Part shown: piece by piece, positions 33,091 through 42,056 of the stretch
Numbering within the stretch: position 1 is the stretch's first letter
Layout: every line of letters starts with the position of its first letter
NCBI GenBank assembly: GCA_965223905.1
Contig: CBDCXV010000011.1
Coordinates: 320,001 to 384,000, forward strand
Reading direction: 5' to 3'
DNA from: Candidatus Latescibacterota bacterium
GTDB taxonomy: Bacteria; Latescibacterota; UBA2968; UBA8231
Length of the DNA: 64,000 nt
The notes under the pieces: model-generated
Database searches by the model: none
What the model was told of the DNA's origin: nothing
The model's input: the letters and a program-made list of their open reading frames with translations, nothing else
Position numbers and translations under genes: made by a program

Positions 33091-33633
33091 TCAGCCCAAC
33101 AGGATGGCGATATAGCCAAAGAAGATGACTCTATCAGGATCAGAGATTACGAGTTCTCCGTCACTGACCGAGTAGGACGGCTGAGTCTGAAATGACGGCG
33201 TGAACAGATCCGCCCAGGCATCAAACTCCATCCAGTTGTACCCTTCCATGTCGTCCACGTTGACTTCGTAGCTTCGCTGGTAATAGACCGCTTTGACCGT
33301 GCTCTCTGAGATCGTGTCACTATCAATGGTCCATCCGCCGTTTCTGTAGTCGGATGAGAAAAGGGTGACGCGCAGGAAGGCGAATTGATCCCCCAGTGCG
33401 TTCCCGCTCGTATCGACCATAACGGTGTCGTAGACCGTCACGGTCATGGTGTCGGGGTTATCGCCTTCGTAGATGATGTTCTCCCCCGTGATGTTGATCA
33501 CCACCTCACAGCCCGTGGTATCAGCGGCTTGTTCGGCGGCGGTCTTCGGGGAGTTGGCCGGGCCCATAGGGCCCTCGGGGCCTTGGCAGGCGAGCAGCAG
33601 GTAGGCGGCGATGAGGATGGCTGAATACTGCAT
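33091..33633 (-). CDS. Lipoprotein with a short collagen-like GPEGPMGPA stretch
   Basis: Lipobox LLAC, RBS GGAG, acidic mature domain. Confidence 0.7.
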   Translation of the reverse strand: MQYSAILIAAYLLLACQGPEGPMGPANSPKTAAEQAADTTGCEVVINITGENIIYEGDNPDTMTVTVYDTVMVDTSGNALGDQFAFLRVTLFSSDYRNGGWTIDSDTISESTVKAVYYQRSYEVNVDDMEGYNWMEFDAWADLFTPSFQTQPSYSVSDGELVISDPDRVIFFGYIAILLG

Positions 33634-33832
33634 GGTCCCTGTCTCCTTGAGGCGGGTAGGGGTTGACTTCCCGGCTCCGCTGTGGGGCCGGGCCTGTCAA
33701 GCCTACACGCCAAGAGACAGCGGGAAGGATCCTGCTATTTGCCAGACAAGAGGTAGCTAGCCCCTCATCTCGGATGGTACGGCTGTTCTATTCACAGGAG
33801 ACCCGACATCAGGGACCCCTGGCGCATAGACT

Positions 33833-34893
33833 TGACGCACTCAATATAGTGAAAAAGGGAACCAAACTGAGCATTTTTCCTGTAATATCGCCATCAGACC
33901 GCAACGCCCCGCTCGCCCTCGATCAGGTCCTCGTAGCGTAACCGTTTTCCGATCATACCTCGGGCCAGCAGACACATCTGCTCGATGGTGTCCTTGTCGC
34001 GGATGCGGTGGCGGCCAGCAAACTCGTTCACGTACCGCTGCAGGTGCTTGAAGCTCATTCGGAAGTACGTCCCGTGATAAGCCCGTTTCAGCACTGCCCA
34101 GAAACTTTCGGCGCTGTTGGTATGGGCCATGCCCCTGACGTATTCACCGGCACCGTGGTTCACGGATTCGTGGTTTACCATCCCCTTGTAGGCGTAGTGC
34201 TCATCCGTGTATTTCTTGGCTGTCAGATTGACGTGGGCCAGCACCTGACCCTGTAGCGTATCGGTTTTCAGGTCAGGCACCAGTACGGCCTGAATCTCAT
34301 TCGTTTTTCGATCCACGAACGTGACGACCGCCTGCTTGCCGACGGTTCCGCGCCCGGCGTGCAGCTTCTTGTCCGCGTGTTTGTTCTTCTCTTTCCCGCC
34401 GAAAAACGCCTCATCAATCTCCACCGGGCCATCGAACTTCTCAGCGGTGTTCTTCACGAATGCTTCCCGGATGCGGTGCATCAGGTGCCACGCTGACTGA
34501 TGAGTGATCCCCAGATCACGATGGACGTGTATGGCGCTTGTGCCCCTCAGGTTCGTGGTAGTCAGATACAGGGCATATACCCACTTCTGGTACCCCAGAT
34601 TGCTGGACTGCATCACGGTGCCTTTCCGTACCGAGAAGAACTTCTGACAGTCTCGACACCGGTAGGGCATCCTCGGGTGCTTCGAGACCGACATGCTGCA
34701 CGAGCCGCAGTCAGGGCAATACCGCTCCCCATTCGGCCATCGCTGCTCCTCGAACCACTTTTCCGCCGCCTTGTCGTCGGGGAACATGCGAGCCAGTTCG
34801 GGGAGACTGATGCTCTTACGGTAAGCCCGTCCGGGGCCCTTTGTGCTGAAGTTTGTAGGAAATTTTGCCATATCACTATATGCTCGTTCGTCA
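33833..34893 (-). mobile_element. IS1595-family element (transposase 34871-33894)
   Basis: CPDC..CRDC, VEIDEAFFGG, YTDEHYAY, HTNSAESFW, HLQRYVNEF; imperfect IRs TGACG-N6/7-ATATAGTGA at 33833 and 34893. Confidence 0.9.
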
Positions 34894-35071
34894 CTGTAAT
34901 AAATATCGGGCATTTTGAGCTTTTTGTCAAGGTTTAAGTTGTTGTTTTTGAAGGGTTTAGGCTTCAAAAGGCGATGGGGAATCGCTCGTTTCGGTTCCTC
35001 CGGTACACCCGGTGGATTGCCCTTGACTTTCCGGCCATGAGAGTCGAAATTGTACATACTTAGCCCTCCTC

Positions 35072-35113
35072 TACTGAGGTTAGGTGAGGTCATACTGAGG
35101 TTAGGTGAGGTCA
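35072..35113. repeat. Perfect 21-bp tandem duplication TACTGAGGTTAGGTGAGGTCA
   Basis: Two exact adjacent copies. Confidence 0.9.
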
Positions 35114-35412
35114 GCAAAAAGCTCAGTCCCTCGTTGGGTGGCTTTTTGCTGACCGGTGAAGAGAGAATCAGCGGAGTCAGCCGATCATGTCGTCGTAAGC
35201 GACCTGATCGGCTTTTTTCGTGCTTCTCTCGGGATTCTTACAAATATAGGCATTGGACGGCATGCAGGATACAACACACGCATGAGAAAGTGCTGAATAT
35301 CAGGGTAGGGCGGGAAGGTACGCGTCCCCCCCCCCCCCCCCCCCCCCGCCCCGCCCCGCCGCCGCTGGTTGCTACGTGCTCAGGCGTTCAGTTCAACCCG
35401 CCAAATCTCGGC

Positions 35413-35441
35413 TTGACGGGCTGTTTCTCCGTCCGTAGAAT
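35413..35441 (+). promoter_or_regulatory. Sigma-70 promoter upstream of the TA pair
   Basis: TTGACG-N17-TAGAAT. Confidence 0.6.
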
Positions 35442-35607
35442 TATGATAATCACAATTACATAGCGTGGAACCCACGCCACTTCCCACGATGCTGTTCTGG
35501 TGGACTACTTTACGCTGGTTGCACCTCGAATCATTACGTCAGGTACCAGTGCGCCCCTTGCCGCCATGTATTAGCTATTTGCTACTCTTGAGATGGGAGT
35601 CCTACGG

Positions 35608-36057
35608 ATGGCAAACGTATTCGATGTAGCCGCCTGTATCCTTCAGAAACAGGGTCAGATGACCACATGGAAGCTCCAGAAACTGGTCTATTACTGCCAG
35701 TGCTGGTCGCTCGTGTGGGATGATGACGAGCTGTTCCCTGAAGAGATTGAGGCATGGGCCAATGGACCAGTCTGTCGCGATCTGTACCGTGCTCACGTCC
35801 GAAAATTCCGCCTGTCCCCTTCCGATTTAAGACAGGGAGATCCGGAAAAACTGACCGAAGACCAAAGCGAGACTGTGGGTACTGTACTGAATTATTATGG
35901 AAAAGAGTCTCCACAATACCTCAGCGATCTCACACACATGGAAGATCCATGGAAGAATGCCCGTAAGGGTGTTCCCGACAGTAAGCGTGGAAAGATCGTC
36001 ATCCCAAAGGCAGACATGGCCGAATACTACGGCAGCCTTTTGCCAGACCCTGATTAA
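35608..36057 (+). CDS. Panacea (DUF4065/SocA-like) antitoxin
   Basis: ANVFDVA, KLQKLVYYCQ, LFPEEIEAWANGPV, LSDLTHMEDPW. Confidence 0.9.
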   Translation: MANVFDVAACILQKQGQMTTWKLQKLVYYCQCWSLVWDDDELFPEEIEAWANGPVCRDLYRAHVRKFRLSPSDLRQGDPEKLTEDQSETVGTVLNYYGKESPQYLSDLTHMEDPWKNARKGVPDSKRGKIVIPKADMAEYYGSLLPDPD

Positions 36058-36564
36058 ATGGCCAAGGGAAAGCCAGCCAGTCGACAGCTAAACCGGGACA
36101 AGTCTAACAGAAGAGAAGTCGATCCCGAGAAAGCTAAACAGGGGCGCGGGAAAGACACCGAATCACCTGATCAAGAAAAAATCGCATGGGCGTTCGGTGC
36201 GATGGACAAAGATGGAGATTGGGGCTGGCGTACTCAGGCAAGTGCAGCATGGTGGAAGGAACTCCTACCCAAATTACAGAATTTTGAGACCATGACTTGG
36301 ATCCAGATCATGCAGGCAGCCGGTGGTAGGCGTAGAGGCAATAACCACCACCCTGTATCTGTTGAAGATCTGACTCCACAGGCGAGAAAGCGTCTTAGTC
36401 AAATCAAGCAGAATGATGTCGAGAAGTTATTTTCTCTGCGCTTAGATGGCACTAAGCGCATTTACGGAATACGTGATCGACGAGTCTTGAAGATGCTCTG
36501 GTATGATCCAAATCATGGAAATAACGCTATGGCTGTATGTCCAGCAAATAAGATTCGCACCTGA
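36058..36564 (+). CDS. Putative toxin partner of the Panacea antitoxin (RelE-like fold suspected)
   Basis: Abuts the antitoxin; LFSLRLDGTKRIYGIRDRRVLKMLWYDPNH. Confidence 0.65.
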   Translation: MAKGKPASRQLNRDKSNRREVDPEKAKQGRGKDTESPDQEKIAWAFGAMDKDGDWGWRTQASAAWWKELLPKLQNFETMTWIQIMQAAGGRRRGNNHHPVSVEDLTPQARKRLSQIKQNDVEKLFSLRLDGTKRIYGIRDRRVLKMLWYDPNHGNNAMAVCPANKIRT

Positions 36565-36654
36565 GCAGCGGTCACGGGGCCAGGCGGCCTTTTTCAGAAA
36601 CCCCGGAACAGCAGCCAAAAGCTAAGAATCATCCCTTCGTTACCATCCCGTATA

Positions 36655-36997
36655 AGTTCCTTTTTTTGGATCTCGAGGATCGCCTGGGCCTGCTCCAGAC
36701 GCCCCCGCAGACGGGCGTTTTCTTTGCGCAAGCGCTCGTTGTCGCTGGCCACCGGGTCCCGACGACGGCCCTGGGGGCCCCGCGGCGTGGCCAACGCCTG
36801 CAACGAGCCTTCGCGGCGCGCCCGTCGCCAGGCGGCTAGCTGCGAGGAATACAGGCCTTCGCCGGCGCAGTAAGGCGCCTACCTCCCCCGGCGCCCGGCA
36901 GGCATCGGCTTCTTCCAGTACCCGCAGCTTATACTGCGCACTGAAGTGCCGGCGCTTGGCCCTCTCGGGCACTTCCGGGTCCGGACGAGAACCCTCA
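36655..36997 (-). mobile_element. IS3-family OrfA fragment (frameshifted)
   Basis: DPEVPERAKRRHFSAQYKLRVLEEADAC..GALLRR / GLYSSQL..LRKENARL..LEIQKK, ending at an A7 slippery run. Confidence 0.8.
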
Positions 36998-37014
36998 GGG
37001 GAGGAAACGAGATA

Positions 37015-39561
37015 ATGGTACATGGGGCTTGGGGAAAGACCGTCAAGAAGACAGCAAGCGTTCACCCCCTGGCGCATCACTGTATGGATGTGGCAGCGGT
37101 GTTTGAGCGTGTGGTGGAGTTGCCCGTCATCCGCGACCGGCTTGAGAGGGCTATGGATGCGCGGCTTACGGCTGCGGCATGCCAGCGGCTCTGCGCACTC
37201 GTCTTCCTGCATGACATCGGAAAGCTGCATCCGGGTTTTCAAGCGAAGGGATGGCAGCCCGGCATGTGGAGCTACCCGACCCGAGAACATCTGAAAGAAG
37301 GCTGGGCGTTCCTGGAGCTGGCGGCGAAATGGCCGCAGCACCCATTCCACGAAACGATGCAACGGATAATGGAATGGGGGGAGGCTGTCGTCCCTCTTTT
37401 TTCGGCGATTTTCGCGCACCACGGGCGCCCTGTAGAGCCACCGTCGGCTCCGATGCTTAAGGAGTGGCCGTGTCTTCCACATTACGACTGGCAGGCGGAG
37501 ACCGGTGTGATGTGCGCAGCCCTTCATGGCTGGTTCGCCGGCGCTTTCGAACCCGGGGGTGCACCTCTGGCTGGAAAGCCGCAATTCCACCATGCAATTG
37601 CCGGTCTGGTGTCGCTGGCCGACTGGATCGGTTCGGATACGAGGTTCTTCCCTTTCACCGATCCGTTCGACCTCTCCTACAACTCGGTGACGCGTGATGC
37701 CGCACGGGATGCGCTGAAGACGATCGGTCTGGACCCGGGTGCTGTCGTCACTCGTCCCGCACCGAATTTCCCCACACTGACCGGATTTCCCGAGGCCAAT
37801 CCGGCACAGGCCGTGGTGGGGGCTGTTGGGCCGGAAGCCCGGCTGCTGATCCTCGAAGCCGAAACCGGCTCGGGAAAGACCGAGGCTGCGCTGTGGCGCT
37901 TCACCCAACTTCTGGCGGCAGGAGCAGTGTCGGGACTCTACTTCGCTGTGCCGACCCGCGCCGCGGCCAGGCAGCTTCACGGCCGCGTGGACAAGGCAAT
38001 GCGCCGGGTATTCGGCGCGGCGGCACCCGAAGCCGTACTGGCCATCCCCGGGATGCTGAGGTCCGGCGAGTTCGAAGGCCAAGGCCTGCCCCATTGGGAG
38101 GTTAGATGGGACGACGATACGACATCGGCCCCGCAGCGATGGGCTGCCGAGCACGCAACGCGGTTCCTGGCGGCACCGGTCGCTGTAGGCACCGTTGACC
38201 AAGCGATGCTCGCCGGTCTTCAGGTAAAGCACGCGCACCTGCGCGGCAGCTCTCTCAACCGCAGCCTTCTGGTCATCGACGAGGTTCACGCTTCCGACGC
38301 CTACATGACCGAGGTGCAGGCGCAACTTCTGGAAGGGCACCTAGCCACCGGCGGATACGCGATGCTGATGTCCGCGACCCTGGGCGCCCGAGCGCGGGTG
38401 CGCTGGACAGGGGAACCGTTGCCGGAGTTTGGTACCGCAAGGACGACTCCCTATCCGGCGGTGTGGGTGAAAGGAGAAAACGGTCCGCGTCAGGCGCCGG
38501 ATGGAGGTCGACCCAAGACAGTACATCCGGAGGCCGTGCCGACGATGGACCCGGCGGAGACCGCACGCCGTGCCGTCTCCGCAGCGGAGCAGGGAGCGCG
38601 GGTCTTGGTGATCCGCAATACCGTTGACATGGCGGTCGACACTTGGCGCGGTGTTAGGGAATCCGGTTCCGAAACGCTGCTGATGCAGGCGGGGGCGGGG
38701 CCGGCGCTGCATCACGGACGTTTTGCCGTGGAAGATCGCGCGCTGCTCGACCAGACGGTGGAAGAAGCGCTCGCACCTCTTGGGACTCGGGAAACACAGG
38801 GCTGTATCGTGATTGGGACTCAGACGTTGGAGCAGTCGCTCGACATCGACGCCGATCTTCTGATTACCGACCTCTGCCCGATGGACGTGCTGCTGCAACG
38901 GATTGGACGGCTTCACCGACACGACCTACGCCGGCCCGAAGGCTTCGAGACGGCCCGCGCCCTGGTGCTGCTGCCGGAAGACGGGCTAGACCGCCTCACG
39001 TGCCCGGATTTCGTGAACGGGATTGGAGGGTGGGTAGCTGAGGATGGAGGGTTCAACGGTATCTATACCGATCTCGCGGGATTGGAGCTGACTCGACACC
39101 TGATCGAGCAACCCGTCTGGCGGATCCCGGAGATGAACCGCCGGCTCGTGGAGAGCGCAACCCACCCCGACCGCATCGGCGCCCTGATCGCTGAGAAGGG
39201 AGAGGACTGGGAACGGTACGACAGGCTCCACGGCGGCGCGAAGGCAGCGGAAAGAATGGTTGCCAAGCTTGTCGTTCTGGACCGCGAGGAACCGTTCGAT
39301 GATCACCTACGGTTTCCCAATTCGGACGAGAAGATCATGACCCGGCTGGGGGAGGAGGGTGCGATCCTGGAACTCGATCCGCCGCCGGATGGCCCCTTCG
39401 GCTGCCCGGTGACGCGGATCGCTGTGCCCGCACGATGGTCGCAAGGAATTACAAAAGATGACCGGGTAGAGATTACGCGGGATGAGGCCGGTTTGATCCT
39501 GTCGGTTGCAGAACGCCGATTTCGTTACTCGCGGGAGGGACTGTCAAAATTCATCGGTTGA
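37015..39561 (+). CDS. cas3: Cas3 HD nuclease-helicase
   Basis: HPLAHHCMDV, LHDIGK, SLADWIGS, AETGSGKT, GTVDQ, DEVH, SAT, QSLDID, QRIGRLHR; RBS GAGG. Confidence 0.96.
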   Translation: MVHGAWGKTVKKTASVHPLAHHCMDVAAVFERVVELPVIRDRLERAMDARLTAAACQRLCALVFLHDIGKLHPGFQAKGWQPGMWSYPTREHLKEGWAFLELAAKWPQHPFHETMQRIMEWGEAVVPLFSAIFAHHGRPVEPPSAPMLKEWPCLPHYDWQAETGVMCAALHGWFAGAFEPGGAPLAGKPQFHHAIAGLVSLADWIGSDTRFFPFTDPFDLSYNSVTRDAARDALKTIGLDPGAVVTRPAPNFPTLTGFPEANPAQAVVGAVGPEARLLILEAETGSGKTEAALWRFTQLLAAGAVSGLYFAVPTRAAARQLHGRVDKAMRRVFGAAAPEAVLAIPGMLRSGEFEGQGLPHWEVRWDDDTTSAPQRWAAEHATRFLAAPVAVGTVDQAMLAGLQVKHAHLRGSSLNRSLLVIDEVHASDAYMTEVQAQLLEGHLATGGYAMLMSATLGARARVRWTGEPLPEFGTARTTPYPAVWVKGENGPRQAPDGGRPKTVHPEAVPTMDPAETARRAVSAAEQGARVLVIRNTVDMAVDTWRGVRESGSETLLMQAGAGPALHHGRFAVEDRALLDQTVEEALAPLGTRETQGCIVIGTQTLEQSLDIDADLLITDLCPMDVLLQRIGRLHRHDLRRPEGFETARALVLLPEDGLDRLTCPDFVNGIGGWVAEDGGFNGIYTDLAGLELTRHLIEQPVWRIPEMNRRLVESATHPDRIGALIAEKGEDWERYDRLHGGAKAAERMVAKLVVLDREEPFDDHLRFPNSDEKIMTRLGEEGAILELDPPPDGPFGCPVTRIAVPARWSQGITKDDRVEITRDEAGLILSVAERRFRYSREGLSKFIG

Positions 39562-39586
39562 CACATCAACCCCTACATGGTATATT
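39558..39586 (+). promoter_or_regulatory. Near-consensus sigma-70 promoter for the cas8e operon/leader
   Basis: TTGACA-N17-TATATT, overlapping the cas3 stop codon. Confidence 0.75.
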
Positions 39587-39603
39587 GCTGTTCCAGTTAG
39601 AAT

Positions 39604-39627
39604 AACTATGTAATAGGTTCGACTCCC
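39604..39627 (+). promoter_or_regulatory. Predicted Cascade operator: AAC PAM plus partial protospacer for the mini-array spacer
   Basis: AAC-TATGTAATAGGTTCGACTCCC vs spacer GATGTCACAGGGTCGACCCCC; 16/21 identity, mismatches at 1, 6, 8, 12, 18. Confidence 0.75.
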
Positions 39628-39808
39628 AATTTTATATATATATTACTCATTTAGTGATGAGATTCAAAAACGGAGAATGCAAACGGAGAATGCAGGAGAA
39701 TGCAATGGTAGGCATACGTTTTGAATTCGAATTGGCAAGACGACTCAAAGGCTGGCTCACTTCCAGACGAGTGACTTTGGCGGTAATGCTCGATTCATGC
39801 ACTACGCG

Positions 39809-39901
39809 TTTTTCCCGAAACGGCCTTCGGGATAGTCCCGATGTCACAGGGTCGACCCCCCGCGATCGGGTGGATTCCCCATTGTTCATGGGGTCATCTA
39901 A
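39809..39901 (+). ncRNA. Degenerate mini-CRISPR (crRNA-like regulatory RNA, CreR/CreA-type)
   Basis: Pseudo-repeat 1 stem CCCGAA/TTCGGG with handle ATAGTCCC (array: ATAGACCC); 32-nt spacer 39840-39871; pseudo-repeat 2 GGATT-CCCCAT/ATGGGG. Confidence 0.78.
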
Positions 39902-39916
39902 GGCTCGGATCGACCG

Positions 39917-41455
39917 ATGAACCTCACCACCGATCCAGTTCTGACCCTCGCGGGCGGCGAGAAGGTTACCCTCCCGGCCCTGTTCGCGGCAATGGCGAGG
40001 GGTGAGGTGCGCGGGTTTCCAGCCTTGCGGCCTCATCAGCGCCCCGCGTGGCACATGTTTCTTGTGCAGCTGGGCGCTCTGTCGTTGTGGACTGCGGGTC
40101 GAGACCGCCTGCCAGATGATGCCGCGAGCTGGACGGCGGACCTGCGGAAGCTGACCCCAGACTACCCCGACGATGCGCCGTGGAGCCTATTCATAGAAGA
40201 ACGAAACAAGCCGGCCTTCCTTCAGCCTCCGGATCCGGGTGGCCTCAAGTGGAACACGGTGGAAACGCCCGACGCCCTGGATCTGCTAATAACCGCTCGC
40301 AATCACGACCTGAAGCAAACAGTCGCCAAGCAGGCGACGACGGAGGACTGGGTGTTCGCCCTGGTGTCCCTGCAAACATCTGCTGGCTACGACGGGCGGG
40401 GAAACTGTGGCATCGCGCGTATGAACGGGGGATCATCGAGCCGGCCTATGCTTGGCCTGACTCCCGCGCGAGACGGGGATCTATCTCTCGACCCTTCCGC
40501 ATGGTGGGCGCGTGACGTGGGGCGCCTGGTTACTGCTCGTAAATCGGGGAAACCAGGCCTAGTCGGCAGGGTGGGCGGGCCAGCACTCCTGTGGTGTTTC
40601 GACTGGCCGGAAGGCCACCAACTCGACTTTCGTGAACTGGATCCGTGGTTCGTCGAGGTCTGCCGCAGGGTCCGGCTGATGAACACCAAGGGAGCGGTTT
40701 CTGCTCAGCGCAGTACGTCGAAAACCGCGCGAATCGACGCTAAGGCATTCAAGGGCAACGTGGGCGATCCGTGGGCTCCGGTCCATAAAACTGAAGAAAA
40801 GAGCCTTACGCTTGGCGGGGGTGATTTCGATTACAAACGGCTCTGCGAGCTGATGTTTTCCGGGGATTGGGCAGTACCCCTTCTCGCCCAGCACGGAGGC
40901 GATGAGACCGGAGACATGCTCCTGGTGGCAGAGGCTCTTTCACGCGGGAACAGCAAGACCGAGGGTTTCAAATCCCGCGTCGTACAAGTACCGGGAAAAG
41001 TCGTGCGATTTTTTTCGACGGAGACCGCCGCAAGTCTCTCGAAGGCGCAGCTGGTCGAGATCACCGGATTCGACGCAGCATTGCGGTACGCGATCGCGCT
41101 CGCGGCAGCAGGGGGGGATAGGGACGGCGTAAAGAGGGACCATTTCAAAAGGGCGGCCCCTGCGAGTAAACGATTCGATCGTACAGCTGACCGCCTGTTT
41201 TTTCCGAGCCTTTGGAGACGAGTTGAGGCGAGGGCTTTGACCGACCCGGATGCGGAGGAGACAGCAAAGATCCAGTTCCTGAAAGATCTGTTTGAAGCAG
41301 CAACCGCCGAGCTTGAATCCGCGCTGCCGGCCATCCCTTGCCCGACGATCCAGCGTCCGAGAGCGGAGGCACGGGCTTGGCGGGCCTTCGGGTCCAGGGT
41401 AGGAAAAGAGTATCCTGTGCTTTTTGAGAAGAAGGAGACCCATGGCGCTGCATGA
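39917..41455 (+). CDS. cas8e: Type I-E large subunit Cas8e (Cse1/CasA)
   Basis: MNLTTDP start, HMFLVQL, PAFLQP, LVSLQT, DPW; size and position in the operon. Confidence 0.88.
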   Translation: MNLTTDPVLTLAGGEKVTLPALFAAMARGEVRGFPALRPHQRPAWHMFLVQLGALSLWTAGRDRLPDDAASWTADLRKLTPDYPDDAPWSLFIEERNKPAFLQPPDPGGLKWNTVETPDALDLLITARNHDLKQTVAKQATTEDWVFALVSLQTSAGYDGRGNCGIARMNGGSSSRPMLGLTPARDGDLSLDPSAWWARDVGRLVTARKSGKPGLVGRVGGPALLWCFDWPEGHQLDFRELDPWFVEVCRRVRLMNTKGAVSAQRSTSKTARIDAKAFKGNVGDPWAPVHKTEEKSLTLGGGDFDYKRLCELMFSGDWAVPLLAQHGGDETGDMLLVAEALSRGNSKTEGFKSRVVQVPGKVVRFFSTETAASLSKAQLVEITGFDAALRYAIALAAAGGDRDGVKRDHFKRAAPASKRFDRTADRLFFPSLWRRVEARALTDPDAEETAKIQFLKDLFEAATAELESALPAIPCPTIQRPRAEARAWRAFGSRVGKEYPVLFEKKETHGAA

Positions 41456-42056
41456 AACTCCCACTGCGGCTGCAATCGATGCCGCCGCGACGCTCCAGCA
41501 CCTCGACCCCGGCCCGCTCGCGGAGTTGCGTCGAATGGACCACGGGACGGGTGCACCGGCATTTTGGCGACTCGTAGCCAAACATCCGGCCACCATAGGT
41601 CGACAGGACAAACAGGAACAGTGGATGGGAATCATCCGCATCCTCGCCATCCTGACACCAAAGGGCAGGCGCCCACAATCCGTCGCCGCTTCTGGCGAAG
41701 ACCCGGACCTGCGTGAGCACTTGCACAATCCCCGCCGCCGTCTCGGCGCCGTGCTGTGCGATGGCGGGGACCCGGACCCTTCCTGGCCAAGGGAAGGGGG
41801 AACGGTAAGGCCGATGTTGAGCGAATCCCGGCTGTCAAAGCTCATGGCCGCGCGCGGACAGCAACGTGCGATCCTCCTCAAACATGCGGCACAGATGATC
41901 TTGCGCAGTCGCCAAGATATTGGAGTCAACGTCGCCGATATCGCACTGGTATTACTCCAACCTGCCGATGGGCGGCGGTTGGCCGAACCTTATTACCGCC
42001 GTCTCGACCGTGCAGAGCTGGCGACAAAGGAATCCGAGAAAGGAACCATCCAATGA
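41442..42056 (+). CDS. cas11: Cas11 (Cse2/CasB)
   Basis: GPLAELRR, AFWRL, LSESRLSKL, LAEPYY; position. Confidence 0.85.
   Translation: MALHETPTAAAIDAAATLQHLDPGPLAELRRMDHGTGAPAFWRLVAKHPATIGRQDKQEQWMGIIRILAILTPKGRRPQSVAASGEDPDLREHLHNPRRRLGAVLCDGGDPDPSWPREGGTVRPMLSESRLSKLMAARGQQRAILLKHAAQMILRSRQDIGVNVADIALVLLQPADGRRLAEPYYRRLDRAELATKESEKGTIQ

Noticed and set aside
35326-35347. C22 homopolymer as a G-quadruplex or phase-variation tract
   Set aside because: Length is unreliable given probable indel errors, and it does not lie in an ORF or promoter spacer.
36640-38340. 566-aa minus-strand ORF and similar long antisense ORFs elsewhere
   Set aside because: These are shadow ORFs of GC-rich genes; only the last ~110 codons overlap the IS3 OrfA fragment.
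39849-39878. Apparent reverse-orientation solitary CRISPR repeat (GGGTCGACCCCCCGCG...)
   Set aside because: Better explained as the spacer of the forward mini-array, which has the correct length and a target.
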